The notes beneath the pieces were generated by a model. The model did no database searches, had not been told where the DNA came from, and was given only the letters and a program-made list of their open reading frames with translations. The position numbers and the translations under genes are program-made. 46,786 nucleotides of DNA from Candidatus Nanopelagicales bacterium (GTDB lineage Bacteria > Actinomycetota > Actinomycetes > S36-B12): positions 1 through 46,786 of the forward strand of contig JBMOKH010000002.1 in assembly GCA_049315365.1 (NCBI GenBank), in the 5' to 3' direction. Positions 27,233 to 42,775 of this stretch are shown piece after piece; the stretch's first letter is position 1; each line of letters opens with the position of its first letter.

Positions 27233-28483
27233 CTAGACGCCGGAGACTTCGCGCAGGGCCTCTGCCCGGTCGACGCTCTCCCAGGTGAATGTCGGCCCCA
27301 CCTGCGTACGCATCGCCGGGTCATCCGCATCGAGCAGCTCGTTCGTTCCCTGCGGACGGCCGAAGTGCCCGTAGGCGCTCGTCGTGCGGTAGATCGGGCG
27401 AAGCAGGTCGAGGTCGCGGATGATGGCGGCCGGACGCAGGTCGAAGACGCGCAGCACTGCCTCCTGGATCGTCTCATCGCTGATGATGCCGGTGCCGAAG
27501 GTCTCGACGAAGACGCCTACCGGGTGCGCCTTGCCGATGGCGTAGGCGACCTGAACCTCGCACCGGGTCGCGAGTCCAGCGGCAACGACGTTCTTGGCGA
27601 CCCAACGCATCGCGTAGGCGGCCGAGCGGTCCACCTTCGACGGATCCTTGCCGGAGAAGGCACCGCCACCGTGGCGGGCCATGCCCCCGTAGGTATCGAC
27701 GATGATCTTGCGCCCGGTAAGGCCGGCATCGCCCATCGGCCCGCCGACGACGAACTTGCCAGTGGGATTGACGAGGAGGCGGAAGTCCTTAGAGTCGAGG
27801 TCGATCGTCTCGAGGATCGGCTCGACGACCATTCGGCGCACATCGGGGCCGAGGTCCTTGTCGAGGTCAATGTGGTCGGCATGCTGGCTGGACACCACGA
27901 TGGTGTCGATGCGGAGCGGGCGGTCGTTCTCGTCGTACTCGATGGTGACCTGGGTCTTGCCGTCGGCGCGCAGGTAGCCGAGCGTGCCGTTCTTGCGGAC
28001 GAGGGTCAACTGCTCGGCGAGCCGGTGCGCCAGCGAGATCGGCAGCGGCATGAGCTCGACGGTGTCGGTGCACGCGTAGCCGAACATCAGGCCCTGATCA
28101 CCGGCGCCCTGGCGGTCGAGCGGATCACCGCTCTTGCCCTCGCGCTCCTCGATCGCGTCATCGACGCCTTGGGCGATGTCCGGCGACTGCTTGCCGATCG
28201 AGACCTGGATGCCGCACGAGGAGCCGTCGAAGCCCTTCTCCGAGGAGTCGTAGCCGATGTGGAGCACGGTGTCGCGCACGAGCTTCATCACGTCGGCGAA
28301 ACCGTCGGTCGTCACCTCGCCGGCGACGTGCACCTGGCCGGTCGTGAGCATCGTCTCGACTGCGACTCGACTGCGCGGATCCTGGCGCAGCAGGTCGTCG
28401 AGGATGGCATCGCTGATCTGGTCGGCCATCTTGTCCGGATGACCCTCGGTGACTGACTCGGACGTGAACAAGCGCTTCGGCAC
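27233..28483 (-). CDS. metK: S-adenosylmethionine synthase
   Basis: 416-aa ORF with [28 protein letters not shown] and [22 protein letters not shown] start preceded by GGGAGAAGAG. Confidence 0.97.
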   Translation of the reverse strand: MPKRLFTSESVTEGHPDKMADQISDAILDDLLRQDPRSRVAVETMLTTGQVHVAGEVTTDGFADVMKLVRDTVLHIGYDSSEKGFDGSSCGIQVSIGKQSPDIAQGVDDAIEEREGKSGDPLDRQGAGDQGLMFGYACTDTVELMPLPISLAHRLAEQLTLVRKNGTLGYLRADGKTQVTIEYDENDRPLRIDTIVVSSQHADHIDLDKDLGPDVRRMVVEPILETIDLDSKDFRLLVNPTGKFVVGGPMGDAGLTGRKIIVDTYGGMARHGGGAFSGKDPSKVDRSAAYAMRWVAKNVVAAGLATRCEVQVAYAIGKAHPVGVFVETFGTGIISDETIQEAVLRVFDLRPAAIIRDLDLLRPIYRTTSAYGHFGRPQGTNELLDADDPAMRTQVGPTFTWESVDRAEALREVSGV

Positions 28484-28577
28484 GAACTCTTCTCCCGATG
28501 ACGTGGGGGACCAAGACGGTCTCGGACAGTGGCGGTTGAGAGTCTAGCGTCTGGTGCCAGTGCAAAGGCCCGAGCGG

Positions 28578-29834
28578 CTAGCGATCGGCGAGCTTGCGAA
28601 CGACCGCATCCCAGCAGCCATCCGCCACGGCCGCCTTCGATCGACGCGGCACCTCAGTCACCGAACCGTCAGTCGCCAAGATGAGCACCTCGTTGTCCGC
28701 CGCACCGAAAACCACCGCCCGGCCGACATCATTGACGACGAGCAGGTCGCAGCCCTTGCGGTCGAGCTTCGCTCGCCCGATCGCGAGCAGCTCGCCGGTG
28801 TCCGCGGCAGTCTCGGCGGCAAATCCGACGATGACGGGCCTGACGCCGGTGCGCATCTGTACGAGAGCGGCGAGGACATCGGCGGTCTGGACCAGTTCAA
28901 TGCGCAGCGTCGCCTCTGCGGACTCCTTCTTGATCTTGGATCCGGCCTTGGTGTCGGGGCGGAAATCTGCGACCGCGGCGGCCATGACGACGACGTCGGC
29001 GGTGCTCGCCTGCTCCACCATCGCCTCATGGAGTTCGGCGGCCGTGCCCACCCGCACGAGCGTGACCCCCGCCGGCGGATCGACGTCGAGGTTTGCCGCG
29101 ACAAGGGTCACCGAGGCTCCGCGCGAAACGGCGGTACGTGCCAGTTCGACGCCTTGAAGACCGCTGCTGTTGTTGCCGATGAAGCGCACCGGATCGAGGG
29201 GTTCCCTGGTGCCGCCCGCGCTCACGACGACCGTCAGTCCGGCAAGATCATTGGACGGCCTTCGGCGCAGGAGGTCAGCGATGGCCTCGAGGATCTGGCG
29301 CGGCTCGGGCAGGCGGCCCGGCCCGGAATCGGCACCGGTGAGCCGGCCGGCGGCGGGTTCCAGCACAACCACGCCCCTGCCGCGCAGGTCCAGAACATTG
29401 CGTTGCGTCGCGGGATGGAGCCACATCTCGGTGTGCATCGCTGGCGCGAGCAGAACCGGGCACCGGGCGGTGAGCAGGACGTTGGTAAGGAGGTCGCCTG
29501 CCACCCCGTGCGTCGCACGGGCCAGCAGGTCGGCTGTCGCGGGGACCACGACGACGAGGTCGGCCTGCTGTCCGAGTCGCACGTGCGAGACGAGCTGTGC
29601 CTGATCCCAGACGGTGTCGTGAACCGCCTTGCCGGAAAGTGCCTCCCAAGTAGCCGTGCCGACGAACCTCAGTGCGGCTGCCGTCGGGACGACGGTGACG
29701 TCGTGCCCTAACTCGGTGAGGCCCCGCAGGACCTCGACCGCCTTGTACGCCGCGATGCCCCCGGCCACCCCCAGAACTACGCGAGACCGGCGCCCCGCGA
29801 TCGGGATGCCGGTCTCGGAAGGGATCGTGCTCAG
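28578..29834 (-). CDS. coaBC: Bifunctional phosphopantothenoylcysteine decarboxylase / phosphopantothenate-cysteine ligase
   Basis: Flavoprotein domain ([16 protein letters not shown]) plus CoaB domain ([21 protein letters not shown]). The only ATG/GTG/TTG in frame is the GTG at 29768, which would delete strand beta-1 (RVVLG). I therefore extend the gene to the CTG at 29834, which overlaps the rpoZ stop. The product call is firm; the start is uncertain. Confidence 0.85.
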   Translation of the reverse strand: MSTIPSETGIPIAGRRSRVVLGVAGGIAAYKAVEVLRGLTELGHDVTVVPTAAALRFVGTATWEALSGKAVHDTVWDQAQLVSHVRLGQQADLVVVVPATADLLARATHGVAGDLLTNVLLTARCPVLLAPAMHTEMWLHPATQRNVLDLRGRGVVVLEPAAGRLTGADSGPGRLPEPRQILEAIADLLRRRPSNDLAGLTVVVSAGGTREPLDPVRFIGNNSSGLQGVELARTAVSRGASVTLVAANLDVDPPAGVTLVRVGTAAELHEAMVEQASTADVVVMAAAVADFRPDTKAGSKIKKESAEATLRIELVQTADVLAALVQMRTGVRPVIVGFAAETAADTGELLAIGRAKLDRKGCDLLVVNDVGRAVVFGAADNEVLILATDGSVTEVPRRSKAAVADGCWDAVVRKLADR

Positions 29835-30094
29835 ACCGGCTCCTCGACCGCCTCGGAGATGAGGAGTCCGGCATCGATCTCGCGCAGGGCGATGGAGAGC
29901 GACTTCTCCTGGACGTGGGTTTCGACGAGCGGGCCGACATACTCCAGCAGGCCCTCGCCGAGCTGGGAGTAGTAGGCGTTGATCTGGCGCGCACGCTTGG
30001 ATGCGTAGATGACGAGCGAGTACTTCGAGTCCGTCTTTTCGAGGAGCGCATCGATGGACGGATGGGTAATGCCCTCAGGGCGCGCGGAACTCAT
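29831..30094 (-). CDS. rpoZ: DNA-directed RNA polymerase subunit omega
   Basis: 87-aa ORF with the [32 protein letters not shown] pattern of RpoZ. ATGA overlap with gmk. Confidence 0.95.
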   Translation of the reverse strand: MSSARPEGITHPSIDALLEKTDSKYSLVIYASKRARQINAYYSQLGEGLLEYVGPLVETHVQEKSLSIALREIDAGLLISEAVEEPV

Positions 30095-30645
30095 GTGATG
30101 AAGCCTACCAACGTTTCGACGGTGTCCGGCACCTCGGTGTTCACGATGACCTCGTCGAACTCCTCCCGTGCGGCTAGCTCCTGCTCCGCGGCCGCCAGCC
30201 GGCGGGCAACAGCCTCGTCCGATTCAGTGCCGCGGCCCAGGAGCCTGGCCCGCAGTACCTCCCACGAGGGGGGCGCGAGGAACACGAGCAGGGCGTCAGC
30301 AGCCGCCCGGCGAACCTGCCGGGCTCCTGCTACCTCGATCTCCAGGACGACGGGCCGACCCGCCGCGCGATGCTCATCGACCGGCCCGCGCGGAGTGCCG
30401 TACCGATTGCCGGCGAACTCCGCCCACTCCAGCAGTTCGCCCGCGGCGATCATGGCATCGAAGCCCGCCGAATCGACGAAGAAGTAGTCGACTCCGTCGG
30501 ACTCGCCCGGCCGCGCCGGACGGGTCGTGGCCGAGACGGACAGCCACGCCTGCGGCATGCGCTCGAGGAGCGCCCGCACCACGGTGCTCTTGCCCACCCC
30601 GGACGGACCGGATACGACCACGAGGCGTCCCCTGTTGCCGCTCAT
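30091..30645 (-). CDS. gmk: Guanylate kinase
   Basis: 184-aa ORF with P-loop GPSGVGKST and guanylate kinase core motifs ([18 protein letters not shown]). Confidence 0.95.
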   Translation of the reverse strand: MSGNRGRLVVVSGPSGVGKSTVVRALLERMPQAWLSVSATTRPARPGESDGVDYFFVDSAGFDAMIAAGELLEWAEFAGNRYGTPRGPVDEHRAAGRPVVLEIEVAGARQVRRAAADALLVFLAPPSWEVLRARLLGRGTESDEAVARRLAAAEQELAAREEFDEVIVNTEVPDTVETLVGFIT

Positions 30646-30956
30646 CCCTCGATCGCCCCGATCAACTCATCACGCTGCCGGTCGGTGAGGCCGCCTAGTC
30701 GCCGGGTCTCGGCGATGGCAAGCCTTCGCATGATGGAATCGGAGCGCGCCGGGCCGATCCTGGGAAGAGACTCGAGCAGCCACCGTACCCGGATGCCCTT
30801 CCACTGCATCGCGATTTGGGCGCTCCTGATGACCTCTACACCTGACGTCCTGCCCGATTTCAACTCCTGGCGCAGCGATGCCCGGTCGCGGCGCACCTCC
30901 ATGGCCCGCAGCAGTGCCGAGGCCCGCTGCTCCTCGGTGCGGACGGGGACGGTCAC
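30642..30956 (-). CDS. mihF: Actinobacterial integration host factor
   Basis: 104-aa basic ORF. The pattern ([10 protein letters not shown]...VRRDRA..RQELKSG) and its position between pyrF and gmk match mIHF. GTGA overlap with the pyrF stop. Confidence 0.85.
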   Translation of the reverse strand: MTVPVRTEEQRASALLRAMEVRRDRASLRQELKSGRTSGVEVIRSAQIAMQWKGIRVRWLLESLPRIGPARSDSIMRRLAIAETRRLGGLTDRQRDELIGAIEG

Positions 30957-31792
30957 GAAGTGCCACCGGCCCTTTGGCCGGCCCGGGAACCTCGGGCTTC
31001 CACGACGCTACGGCAGGTGGCGGCCAGCGCGGCGGCAGCAGCCCCGACATCGGCCGCCCCGGTTATCGGCCTGCCGATGACGAGCAGGTCGGCCCCATCG
31101 GCGAGCGCCTGCTCGGGGGTCGAAGTGCGCCGCTGGTCATCCGCTGATGCACCTGCCGGCCGAACCCCGGGCGTGATGAGCACGACGCCGGGGGGAACGG
31201 CCGCTCGAATCGCGGCCACCTCGCGCGGGGAGCAGACGATGGCGCCGGCTCCCGCGCGAGTTGCGAGGACTGCGAGCCGTACGGCCGCGTCGAGCGCAGG
31301 GCCGGGCATCCCGATCGACTCGAGCGATTCCTCGTCGAGGGAGGTCAGGACGGTGACCGCGGTGATGCGGGTATCGGGAAGGGCCCGCACTGCCGCCGTG
31401 ATCATCTCCGCTCCCCCGGCCGCATGGACGCTGAGGAACGCGGGTGCGAGGTGCGCAACGGCTCCGGCGGCCCCAGCGACGGTCGCCGGGATGTCATGGA
31501 GCTTGAGGTCGAGGAAGATGGCCGGCGCATGTCCGGTGACGCCGGACGCGGCCTCGCGCGCCGCCACCACGGATGCCGCGCCATCGCGGCAGAACACCTC
31601 GAGGCCCACCTTCAGCGTCGAGACGTGCGGTGCGACGGCGCGGGTCCAGTCCACGAGCACGGTGAGGTCGGGCGCATCGAGCGCCACCGCTATCGACCCC
31701 GGGAGGTTCACGGTCATGGGAGGAACGCCAGTGAGCGCGCTGTTGGCGAGCCCCTCACTGCGGCTCGGGAGCGGTGTCAGGACGCTGCTCAT
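30953..31792 (-). CDS. pyrF: Orotidine 5'-phosphate decarboxylase (type 1-like)
   Basis: Motifs IAVALD and FLDLKLHDIPAT. The track ORF reaches 31876. The ATG at 31792 has a GAAGG 7 nt upstream. The ATG at 31717 (MTVNLPGSIAVALD) gives a more canonical N-terminus but has a poor RBS. Confidence 0.85.
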   Translation of the reverse strand: MSSVLTPLPSRSEGLANSALTGVPPMTVNLPGSIAVALDAPDLTVLVDWTRAVAPHVSTLKVGLEVFCRDGAASVVAAREAASGVTGHAPAIFLDLKLHDIPATVAGAAGAVAHLAPAFLSVHAAGGAEMITAAVRALPDTRITAVTVLTSLDEESLESIGMPGPALDAAVRLAVLATRAGAGAIVCSPREVAAIRAAVPPGVVLITPGVRPAGASADDQRRTSTPEQALADGADLLVIGRPITGAADVGAAAAALAATCRSVVEARGSRAGQRAGGTS

Positions 31793-32993
31793 CGGATACC
31801 TTCGTATCCGAGAACTCCTTGTACTGGTCGAACGGCTCGGTCGCGGTGTCGCGTCGAATCTGCACGACCTCGGCAACCGGCCTGCGCTCTTCGACCTCCT
31901 CTGCGTCCGCCACCTGAACTACCCTCGGCACTTCGATGCCCGGCTCGTCGTCCGGCTCGAGGCTTTCGGTCACCTCGGCCTGCGCCGCCTCAGCCAAGAG
32001 TGGTTCGAGGACATCATGCTCACGATGGGCGAACGAGATGGCCTCCTGCAGCGAGGTGAAGCCTCGCTCATGTAGGGCCTGGGCCAGTTCGCGCTGCACC
32101 CGGATCGGCGCCGACGGATCATTGAAGGTCGCTGTGCCGACGGAGACGGCATTCGCGCCGGCAAGGATGAACTGAAGCGCATCGAGGCCGGTTCGGATGC
32201 CCCCCATGCCGAGGATGGGAATGTTCGGCATGGCCTGGCGGATCTGCCAGACGCAGCGCACGGCGATCGGCCGGATTGCCGGGCCGCTGAGCCCGCCGGT
32301 GACGCCCGCGAGTGCCGGGCGCATGCGATCGACATCGATGACCATGCCGAGCGCGGTGTTGATGACCGACAGCCCGCTGGCACCGGCACGCACGACGGCA
32401 TGCGCGATATCGGTGATGTCGGTGACGTCGGGTGAGAGCTTGGCGAAGACAGGGGTGTGCTGGTCGACATGACGACGCACGGCCTGGATGACTTGCGATG
32501 CCGCCTCGGGGTTGCACGCGAACACCTGCCCACGGTCCTCGACGTTCGGGCAGGAGATGTTCACCTCGATGGCGTCGATCCCCGAGACGTACCTGAGCTT
32601 CTGGGCGATCTTCACGTACTCCTCGACCGAGCCACCGGCGATCGACACGATGATCCTGGCACCGCGCTGCTCAAGCCAGGCGAGATCGGTCTCGATGAAG
32701 GCGTCAAGCCCGGGACCTTGGAGGCCGATGGAGTTGAGCATGCCGCTCGGGGTCTCAGCCATTCGGGGCGTGGGCCGGCCAGCGCGCGGCTGCAGCATGA
32801 TGCTCTTCGTGACGATCGCACCGAGGTGGGTGATGTCAAAGTACTCGTCGAGCTCTCGGCCTGAGGCCGCGCAGCCCGAGGCGGTGAGGACCGGCGCATC
32901 GAGGTGCATGGCGCCCAACGAGGTCGACATGTCGATGCGCGGGGTCTCCGAGGTGGCTCCGGTCGGCCCGCGGCCGATCACGGCCGGGCTCAT
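31755..32993 (-). CDS. pyrD: Dihydroorotate dehydrogenase class 1B catalytic subunit with an 87-aa acidic C-terminal extension
   Basis: The 614-aa track ORF overlaps pyrK out of frame. The ATG at 32993 forms an ATGA overlap with the pyrK stop. Class 1 motifs are present (ASGCA, NSIGLQGPG, EVNISCPN, GGI). The frame stays open 87 codons past the usual C-terminus. Confidence 0.88.
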   Translation of the reverse strand: MSPAVIGRGPTGATSETPRIDMSTSLGAMHLDAPVLTASGCAASGRELDEYFDITHLGAIVTKSIMLQPRAGRPTPRMAETPSGMLNSIGLQGPGLDAFIETDLAWLEQRGARIIVSIAGGSVEEYVKIAQKLRYVSGIDAIEVNISCPNVEDRGQVFACNPEAASQVIQAVRRHVDQHTPVFAKLSPDVTDITDIAHAVVRAGASGLSVINTALGMVIDVDRMRPALAGVTGGLSGPAIRPIAVRCVWQIRQAMPNIPILGMGGIRTGLDALQFILAGANAVSVGTATFNDPSAPIRVQRELAQALHERGFTSLQEAISFAHREHDVLEPLLAEAAQAEVTESLEPDDEPGIEVPRVVQVADAEEVEERRPVAEVVQIRRDTATEPFDQYKEFSDTKVSDEQRPDTAPEPQ

Positions 32994-33844
32994 GACTCCT
33001 CCACGACGGGAGCGCCGAAGGCATCCGCGGGGATGGTCCCGACGTCGTTCCAGCGAACTCGATCCCCGCGGAACACCGGCCCCTCGACGCAGGACCTCAC
33101 CATGCGCGTCACGCCGTCCGGGCCGATGACGGGCACAACGCACGTCATGCACACCCCGATGCCGCATGCCATTGCCTCCTCGACCGAGCACTGGCTGTAC
33201 GCCCGGTGCTCGGCGGCGATCTGGGCAACCGCCGCGAGCATTCCCATGGGGCCACAGGCGTAGACGACCGCTGCCTCCGACTTGTCGATGACCGAGCCGA
33301 GGACATCGGTCACGCGGCCGCGTTCGCCCGCCGAGCCGTCCTCCGTCGTGATGATGAGCTTCGACGAGGCTCGCTTCATCTCCAGGACGCCGAAGAGCTT
33401 CGCCTCGACGGAGGCTCCCATGACGACATCGACCCGGCATCCCCGATCGCGCAACTGCTCTGCCAGCATGAACATCCCCGCGGAACCGTAGCCCCCGGCG
33501 ACGAGCACGCACGGGACCCGTTCCTTGGGGAGGATGAAGGGACGGCCGAGCGGGCCGACGATGTCGAGGATGTCGTGCCGGCGGCGCTCGCTCAGCCACT
33601 TGGTGCCCTTGCCCTCGACCCCGACGACGATCTCCAGAGTGCCGCCGTAAACGCCCCGCGACTTCACCTGGTAGATCGCGAAGGCGCGCCGGAGCAGCAT
33701 GCTGCTCTCCTCGCCTCCCATGGAGACAGTGACGAAATGCCCGGGGCGAGCAAGCTCGGGCATCCCGGCCGCCGTGAGTGAGATGACCGAGTAGGAACCG
33801 GCCCTGCGGACGTCGAGGACCTCAGCCCGTAGCTGGATAGGCAC
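32990..33844 (-). CDS. pyrK: Dihydroorotate dehydrogenase electron-transfer subunit (FAD / 2Fe-2S)
   Basis: 284-aa ORF. It has a ferredoxin-reductase-like fold (RRAFAIY, GGYGSAGMF) and a C-terminal Cys cluster (ACGIGVCMTC). GTG start 3 nt after the carB stop. Confidence 0.85.
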   Translation of the reverse strand: MPIQLRAEVLDVRRAGSYSVISLTAAGMPELARPGHFVTVSMGGEESSMLLRRAFAIYQVKSRGVYGGTLEIVVGVEGKGTKWLSERRRHDILDIVGPLGRPFILPKERVPCVLVAGGYGSAGMFMLAEQLRDRGCRVDVVMGASVEAKLFGVLEMKRASSKLIITTEDGSAGERGRVTDVLGSVIDKSEAAVVYACGPMGMLAAVAQIAAEHRAYSQCSVEEAMACGIGVCMTCVVPVIGPDGVTRMVRSCVEGPVFRGDRVRWNDVGTIPADAFGAPVVEES

Positions 33845-33847
33845 GGT

Positions 33848-37203
<3,356 letters not shown>

Positions 37204-37204
<1 letters not shown>

Positions 37205-38328
37205 CAGTTGCTCCGCTGCATGAGGTCGACGAACTCGTCGAAGAGGGATGACGCATCATGGGGGCCCGCCGCGGCCTCCGGGTGGTACTGAACGCTGAAT
37301 GCCGGGACATCGAGGCACTCGAGCCCCTCGACGACATCGTCATTTCGGCACACGTGGCTCACGCGTGCCGCGCCGAACGGGGTCTGGAAGATCCCGGTCC
37401 GCGGAGCGTCGACGGCGAACCCGTGATTGTGCGCGGTGATCTCGATCTTGCCGGTGCGAAGGTCCTGCACCGGCTGGTTGATACCCCGGTGCCCGTACCT
37501 GAGCTTGTAGGTGCCCAGCCCGAGCGCACGTCCGAGTATCTGGTTGCCGAAGCAGATCCCGAAGACAGGGACGCGCGCACCGAGGACGGCCTCCATGACA
37601 CCAACGGCATGGTCGGCGGTCGCCGGGTCCCCGGGACCGTTTGAGAAGAAGACGCCGTCGGCGCCGAGGCCTAGGACGTCACGAGGCGATGTCGCTGCGG
37701 GCAGGACGTGGACGTCGATGCCACGCTCGGCCATGAGGCGAGGGGTCATCGTCTTGATGCCGAGGTCGATCGCGGCAACGGTCAGGCGGCGCTCCCCGAC
37801 AGCCGGCACGAGGTAGGCGGAACGGGTGCTCACATCGCCCGCGAGATCGGCGCCTGCCATGCCGGGGCTGGCGAGGACCCGGCCTAGGAGGTCATCGGCC
37901 GGCGCTTGGACGAGATCGCCCGAGAAGATGCCCATGCGCATTGCGCCGCGCTCGCGGAGCCTGCGGGTAAGGGCTCGCGTATCGATGTCGCAGAGCCCCA
38001 CGATTCCCTGCTCCCGCAGCTCCTCCTCCAGGCCTCTCGTCGCACGCCAGTTGGAAGCGATGCGGGAGGGGTCACGGACGACGTACCCGCTCACCCAGAT
38101 TCGGGAGGACTCCGGGTCCTCGTCGTTCACGCCAGTGTTGCCGACATGCGGGGCAGTCATCACGACGATCTGCCGGTGGTAGGACGGGTCAGTGAGGGTC
38201 TCCTGGTAGCCGGTCATGCCCGTGGAGAAGACCGCCTCCCCGAAGGTCGATCCGATGGCACCGTACGCGGCACCGCGCATGACGGTTCCGTCCTCGAGCA
38301 CGAGCACCGCCGGCTCTCGGCGGCTCAT
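37204..38328 (-). CDS. carA: Carbamoyl-phosphate synthase small (glutaminase) subunit
   Basis: 374-aa ORF with the GATase triad context [10 protein letters not shown] and HNHG. Its stop shares one base with the carB start. Confidence 0.95.
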
Positions 38329-39607
38329 GCGAGCACTCCGTCGATCACGGTGGGGATGCCGCCGAAGATGACGTGGCGGACGGATCCGGGCAGCTCCATA
38401 GATGCGTACGGGGTGTTGCGGCTCTTTGACGCGACAGCATCCGGATCAACGATCCAGCGAGCGGAGGCATCGACGACGCAGACGTGCGCCGGCGCACCAG
38501 ACTCGAGCCCCTGCCCCTGGGTCTGGACACCGCCGATGCGTGCCGGGCGGACGGACATTCGGTCGGCGAGGCCTCGCCAGTCCAGGAGCCCTGACTCGAC
38601 GAGCGTGTGCTGCGCGACGCTGAGGGCGGTCTGGAGGCCGAGCATTCCGAATGCGGCCGCCGCCCACTCGCAGTCCTTGTCCTCATGGGGGTGCGGCGCG
38701 TGATCGGTCGCGATCGCATCGATGGTGCCGTCTGCCACGGCCATTCTCAGGGCCGCGACGTCGTCGTGGGTTCGCAGCGGCGGGTTCACCTTGTAGATGG
38801 GGTCATAGCTCGCGGCAAGGTCCTCGGTGAGGATGAGGTGATGCGGGGTGACCTCCGCGGTCACGTCGATGCCGCGCGCCTTCGCCCAGCGGATGACCTC
38901 GACCGAACCCGCGGTCGACACGTGGCAGACGTGCAGCCGGGACCGGACATGCTCGGCGAGCAGGACGTCGCGGGCGATGATCGCCTCCTCCGCCACCGCA
39001 GGCCAGCCGGTGAGGCCCAGGACGCCCGACAAGGCTCCCTCGTTCATCTGTGCGTTTTCGGTGAGCCGTGGCTCCTGAGCATGCTGGGCGATGACACCGC
39101 CGAAGGCCTTCACGTACTCGAGTGCCCGGCGCATGAGCACGGCGTCGTGGACGCACTTGCCGTCATCGCTGAAGACCCGAACCCCTGCCGGCGAGTGCGC
39201 CATCGCACCGAGCTCGGCCATCTGCTCGCCGAGGAGCCCGGTCGTCACGGCGCCGACCGGGCGCACGTCAACCAGCCCTGCCTTCTGGCCCAGCCGCCAG
39301 ACCTGCTCGACGACGCCGGCGGTGTCAGCGACCGGGTCGGTATTCGCCATCGCGTGGACGCAGGTGAATCCGCCGAGCGCCGCTGCCCGAGACCCGGTCT
39401 CGACCGTCTCGGCGTCCTCACGGCCCGGCTCGCGCAGGTGCGTGTGCAGGTCGACGAGCCCCGGGAGCGCGATGAGGCCATCGGCGTCGATGATGCGGCC
39501 CGATGCCGAGCCTGGTCGGGTCATCGCCGATATGACGCCGCCTTCGATGACGAGGTCGACGGGATCCTCACCGTAGGGGCGGACCCCTCGCAGTATCAGC
39601 GCGGTCA

Positions 39608-39608
<1 letters not shown>
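38325..39608 (-). CDS. pyrC: Dihydroorotase
   Basis: 427-aa ORF with the amidohydrolase metal motif [11 protein letters not shown] and ATDHAPH. ATGA overlap with carA. Confidence 0.93.
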
Positions 39609-41156
<1,548 letters not shown>

Positions 41157-41157
41157 C

Positions 41158-41185
41158 GGCGCCACGCCGAGGCGACGGTGGCGCC
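41158..41185 (-). other. Perfect 8-bp GC hairpin between pyk and the PyrR site (terminator or 5'-UTR structure)
   Basis: GGCGCCAC (41158-41165) / GTGGCGCC (41178-41185) with a 12-nt loop, 24 nt downstream of the pyk stop. No U-tract follows. Confidence 0.35.
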
Positions 41186-41197
41186 AAGAAACTGCTG

Positions 41198-41203
41198 AAT
41201 TCT
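41198..41203 (-). promoter_or_regulatory. -10-like TAGAAT for the pyr operon
   Basis: Minus strand reads TGA(pyk stop)-TCGGC-TAGAAT. If used, the roughly 80-nt leader would contain the hairpin at 41158-41185 and the PyrR site. Read by eye only. Confidence 0.3.
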
Positions 41204-41209
41204 AGCCGA

Positions 41210-42643
41210 TCAGACTCCGGCACCCGGACCGGCACTGCCGAGCCGATGCACCCGCATGCCGTTCGTCGTGCCGGGCACGCCGGGCGGCACCCCTGCGACG
41301 ATGACCACGCGCTCGCCGACCGTGGCGCGGCCGATCTCCAGGAGGGATCGGTCGACCTGCTGCACCATGTCATCGGTATGCGTCACCTGGGGGACGAGGA
41401 AGGTCTCCACGCCCCAGACGAGCGACAACTGGCTGCGCACGCGGGGGTTCGGCGTGAATGCGAGCAGGTTCGTTACGTTGCGCCAACGGGAGATGAGCCG
41501 CGCCGAGAGCCCCGTCTCGGTGAAGGCGATGAGATATGAGGCATCGACATCATCGGCAACGCCGACGGCGGCGTGGGTCAGCGCCCGGGCCGTCGATCCG
41601 ACGCGCTCGTCGACGAGCGGCGGGAGGGATGCGAGCGCCTCCTGCTCGACATGCTCGATGATGCGCGCCATGGTCTCGACCACGAGCGAGGGGTGCTCGC
41701 CGACGCTCGTCTCTCCGGAGAGCATGAGCGCGTCGGCGCCATCGAGCACTGCGTTGGCGACGTCGCTCACCTCGGCGCGCGTGGGCCGGTTGGCGGTGAC
41801 CATCGAATCGAGCATCTGCGTGGCGACGATGACCGGCTTGCCTGCCTCGCGGCACATCTGCACCGCACGCTTCTGGACGAGCGGCACCATCTCGAGCGGG
41901 AGTTCGACGCCGAGATCACCTCGGGCAACCATGACGCCGTCAAACGCCTCGACGATCTCCTCGAGGTTGTCGACTGCCTGCGGCTTCTCGACCTTGGCGA
42001 GCACCGGCAGTCGCACGCCCTCCTCGTCCATGATCGCGTGCACGTCGGCGATATCCGCGGCATTTCTCACGAAGGAAAGCGCGATCATGTCGGCGCCGAT
42101 GCGCAGCGCCCAGCGCAGGTCATCGACGTCCTTCTCGGACATCGCAGGGACGCTCACGGCGACGCCGGGCAGGTTGAATCCCTTGTTGTCGGACACCCGT
42201 CCGCCCTCGACCACACGCGTCACGACCCGGGGGCCATCGACCCGCACGACCTCGAGAGCGATGCGGCCGTCGTCAACGAGGACGGAGTCACCGGCGGTGA
42301 CGTCGCCCGGAAGGCCCATGTAGGTCGTCGACACCATGTGCTTGTCGCCGGGAACGTCCTCGGTCGTGACGATGAACTCGTCACCCGGCTCAAGGAGCAC
42401 CGGACCCGAGGCGAAACGCCCGATGCGGATCTTCGGTCCCTGCAGGTCGACGAGGATGCCGACGCCGCGGCCGGACTCATCCGAGGCCTGGCGGACCGCT
42501 GCGTAAGCGCTCGCATGGTCACTGTGGTCGCCGTGCGAGAGGTTGAGCCGGGCGACGTCCATGCCCGCGCTCACGAGGCTGCGGATCGCCTCGAGGGAAC
42601 TCGTCGCCGGACCCAAAGTTGCCACGATCTTCGCTCTCCGCAT
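41210..42643 (-). CDS. pyk: Pyruvate kinase
   Basis: Canonical N-terminus [14 protein letters not shown] from the ATG at 42643; the track ORF starts at a TTG at 42673. Motifs [15 protein letters not shown] and TQMLDSM are present. Confidence 0.93.
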   Translation of the reverse strand: MRRAKIVATLGPATSSLEAIRSLVSAGMDVARLNLSHGDHSDHASAYAAVRQASDESGRGVGILVDLQGPKIRIGRFASGPVLLEPGDEFIVTTEDVPGDKHMVSTTYMGLPGDVTAGDSVLVDDGRIALEVVRVDGPRVVTRVVEGGRVSDNKGFNLPGVAVSVPAMSEKDVDDLRWALRIGADMIALSFVRNAADIADVHAIMDEEGVRLPVLAKVEKPQAVDNLEEIVEAFDGVMVARGDLGVELPLEMVPLVQKRAVQMCREAGKPVIVATQMLDSMVTANRPTRAEVSDVANAVLDGADALMLSGETSVGEHPSLVVETMARIIEHVEQEALASLPPLVDERVGSTARALTHAAVGVADDVDASYLIAFTETGLSARLISRWRNVTNLLAFTPNPRVRSQLSLVWGVETFLVPQVTHTDDMVQQVDRSLLEIGRATVGERVVIVAGVPPGVPGTTNGMRVHRLGSAGPGAGV

Positions 42644-42775
42644 GGCACCGACCCTATCCCAGCCTCCGTGCAAACGATGTCATGGCACCGGCCTCAAGCC
42701 CGCGATGACGCCCCAGCTCCGCGATGAGCCAGTTCGTTTCCGGGCGGACAGCACCCGACCGGCCCGCCTCGCCGA

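Noticed and set aside
28484-28577. Possible SAM riboswitch in the 94-nt metK leader.
   Set aside because: I could not find the conserved SAM-I or SAM-IV core elements or a convincing multi-stem fold. I saw only a weak 5-bp hairpin and a TAGACT -10-like hexamer. A covariance-model scan would be needed to exclude it formally.
32994-33599. N-terminal 200 residues of the 614-aa ORF 31755-33599, which would suggest a large PyrD fusion protein.
   Set aside because: This part overlaps pyrK in another frame and is Arg/Gly-rich nonsense. The PyrD homology begins at the ATG at 32993, which forms an ATGA overlap with the pyrK stop.
42674-42775. Possible terminator or regulatory hairpin between gltD and pyk.
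   Set aside because: Only 4-5-bp GC stems with 16-nt loops could be drawn, which is no better than chance in this composition. I kept only the TAGGGT leaderless-type -10 as a tentative observation.
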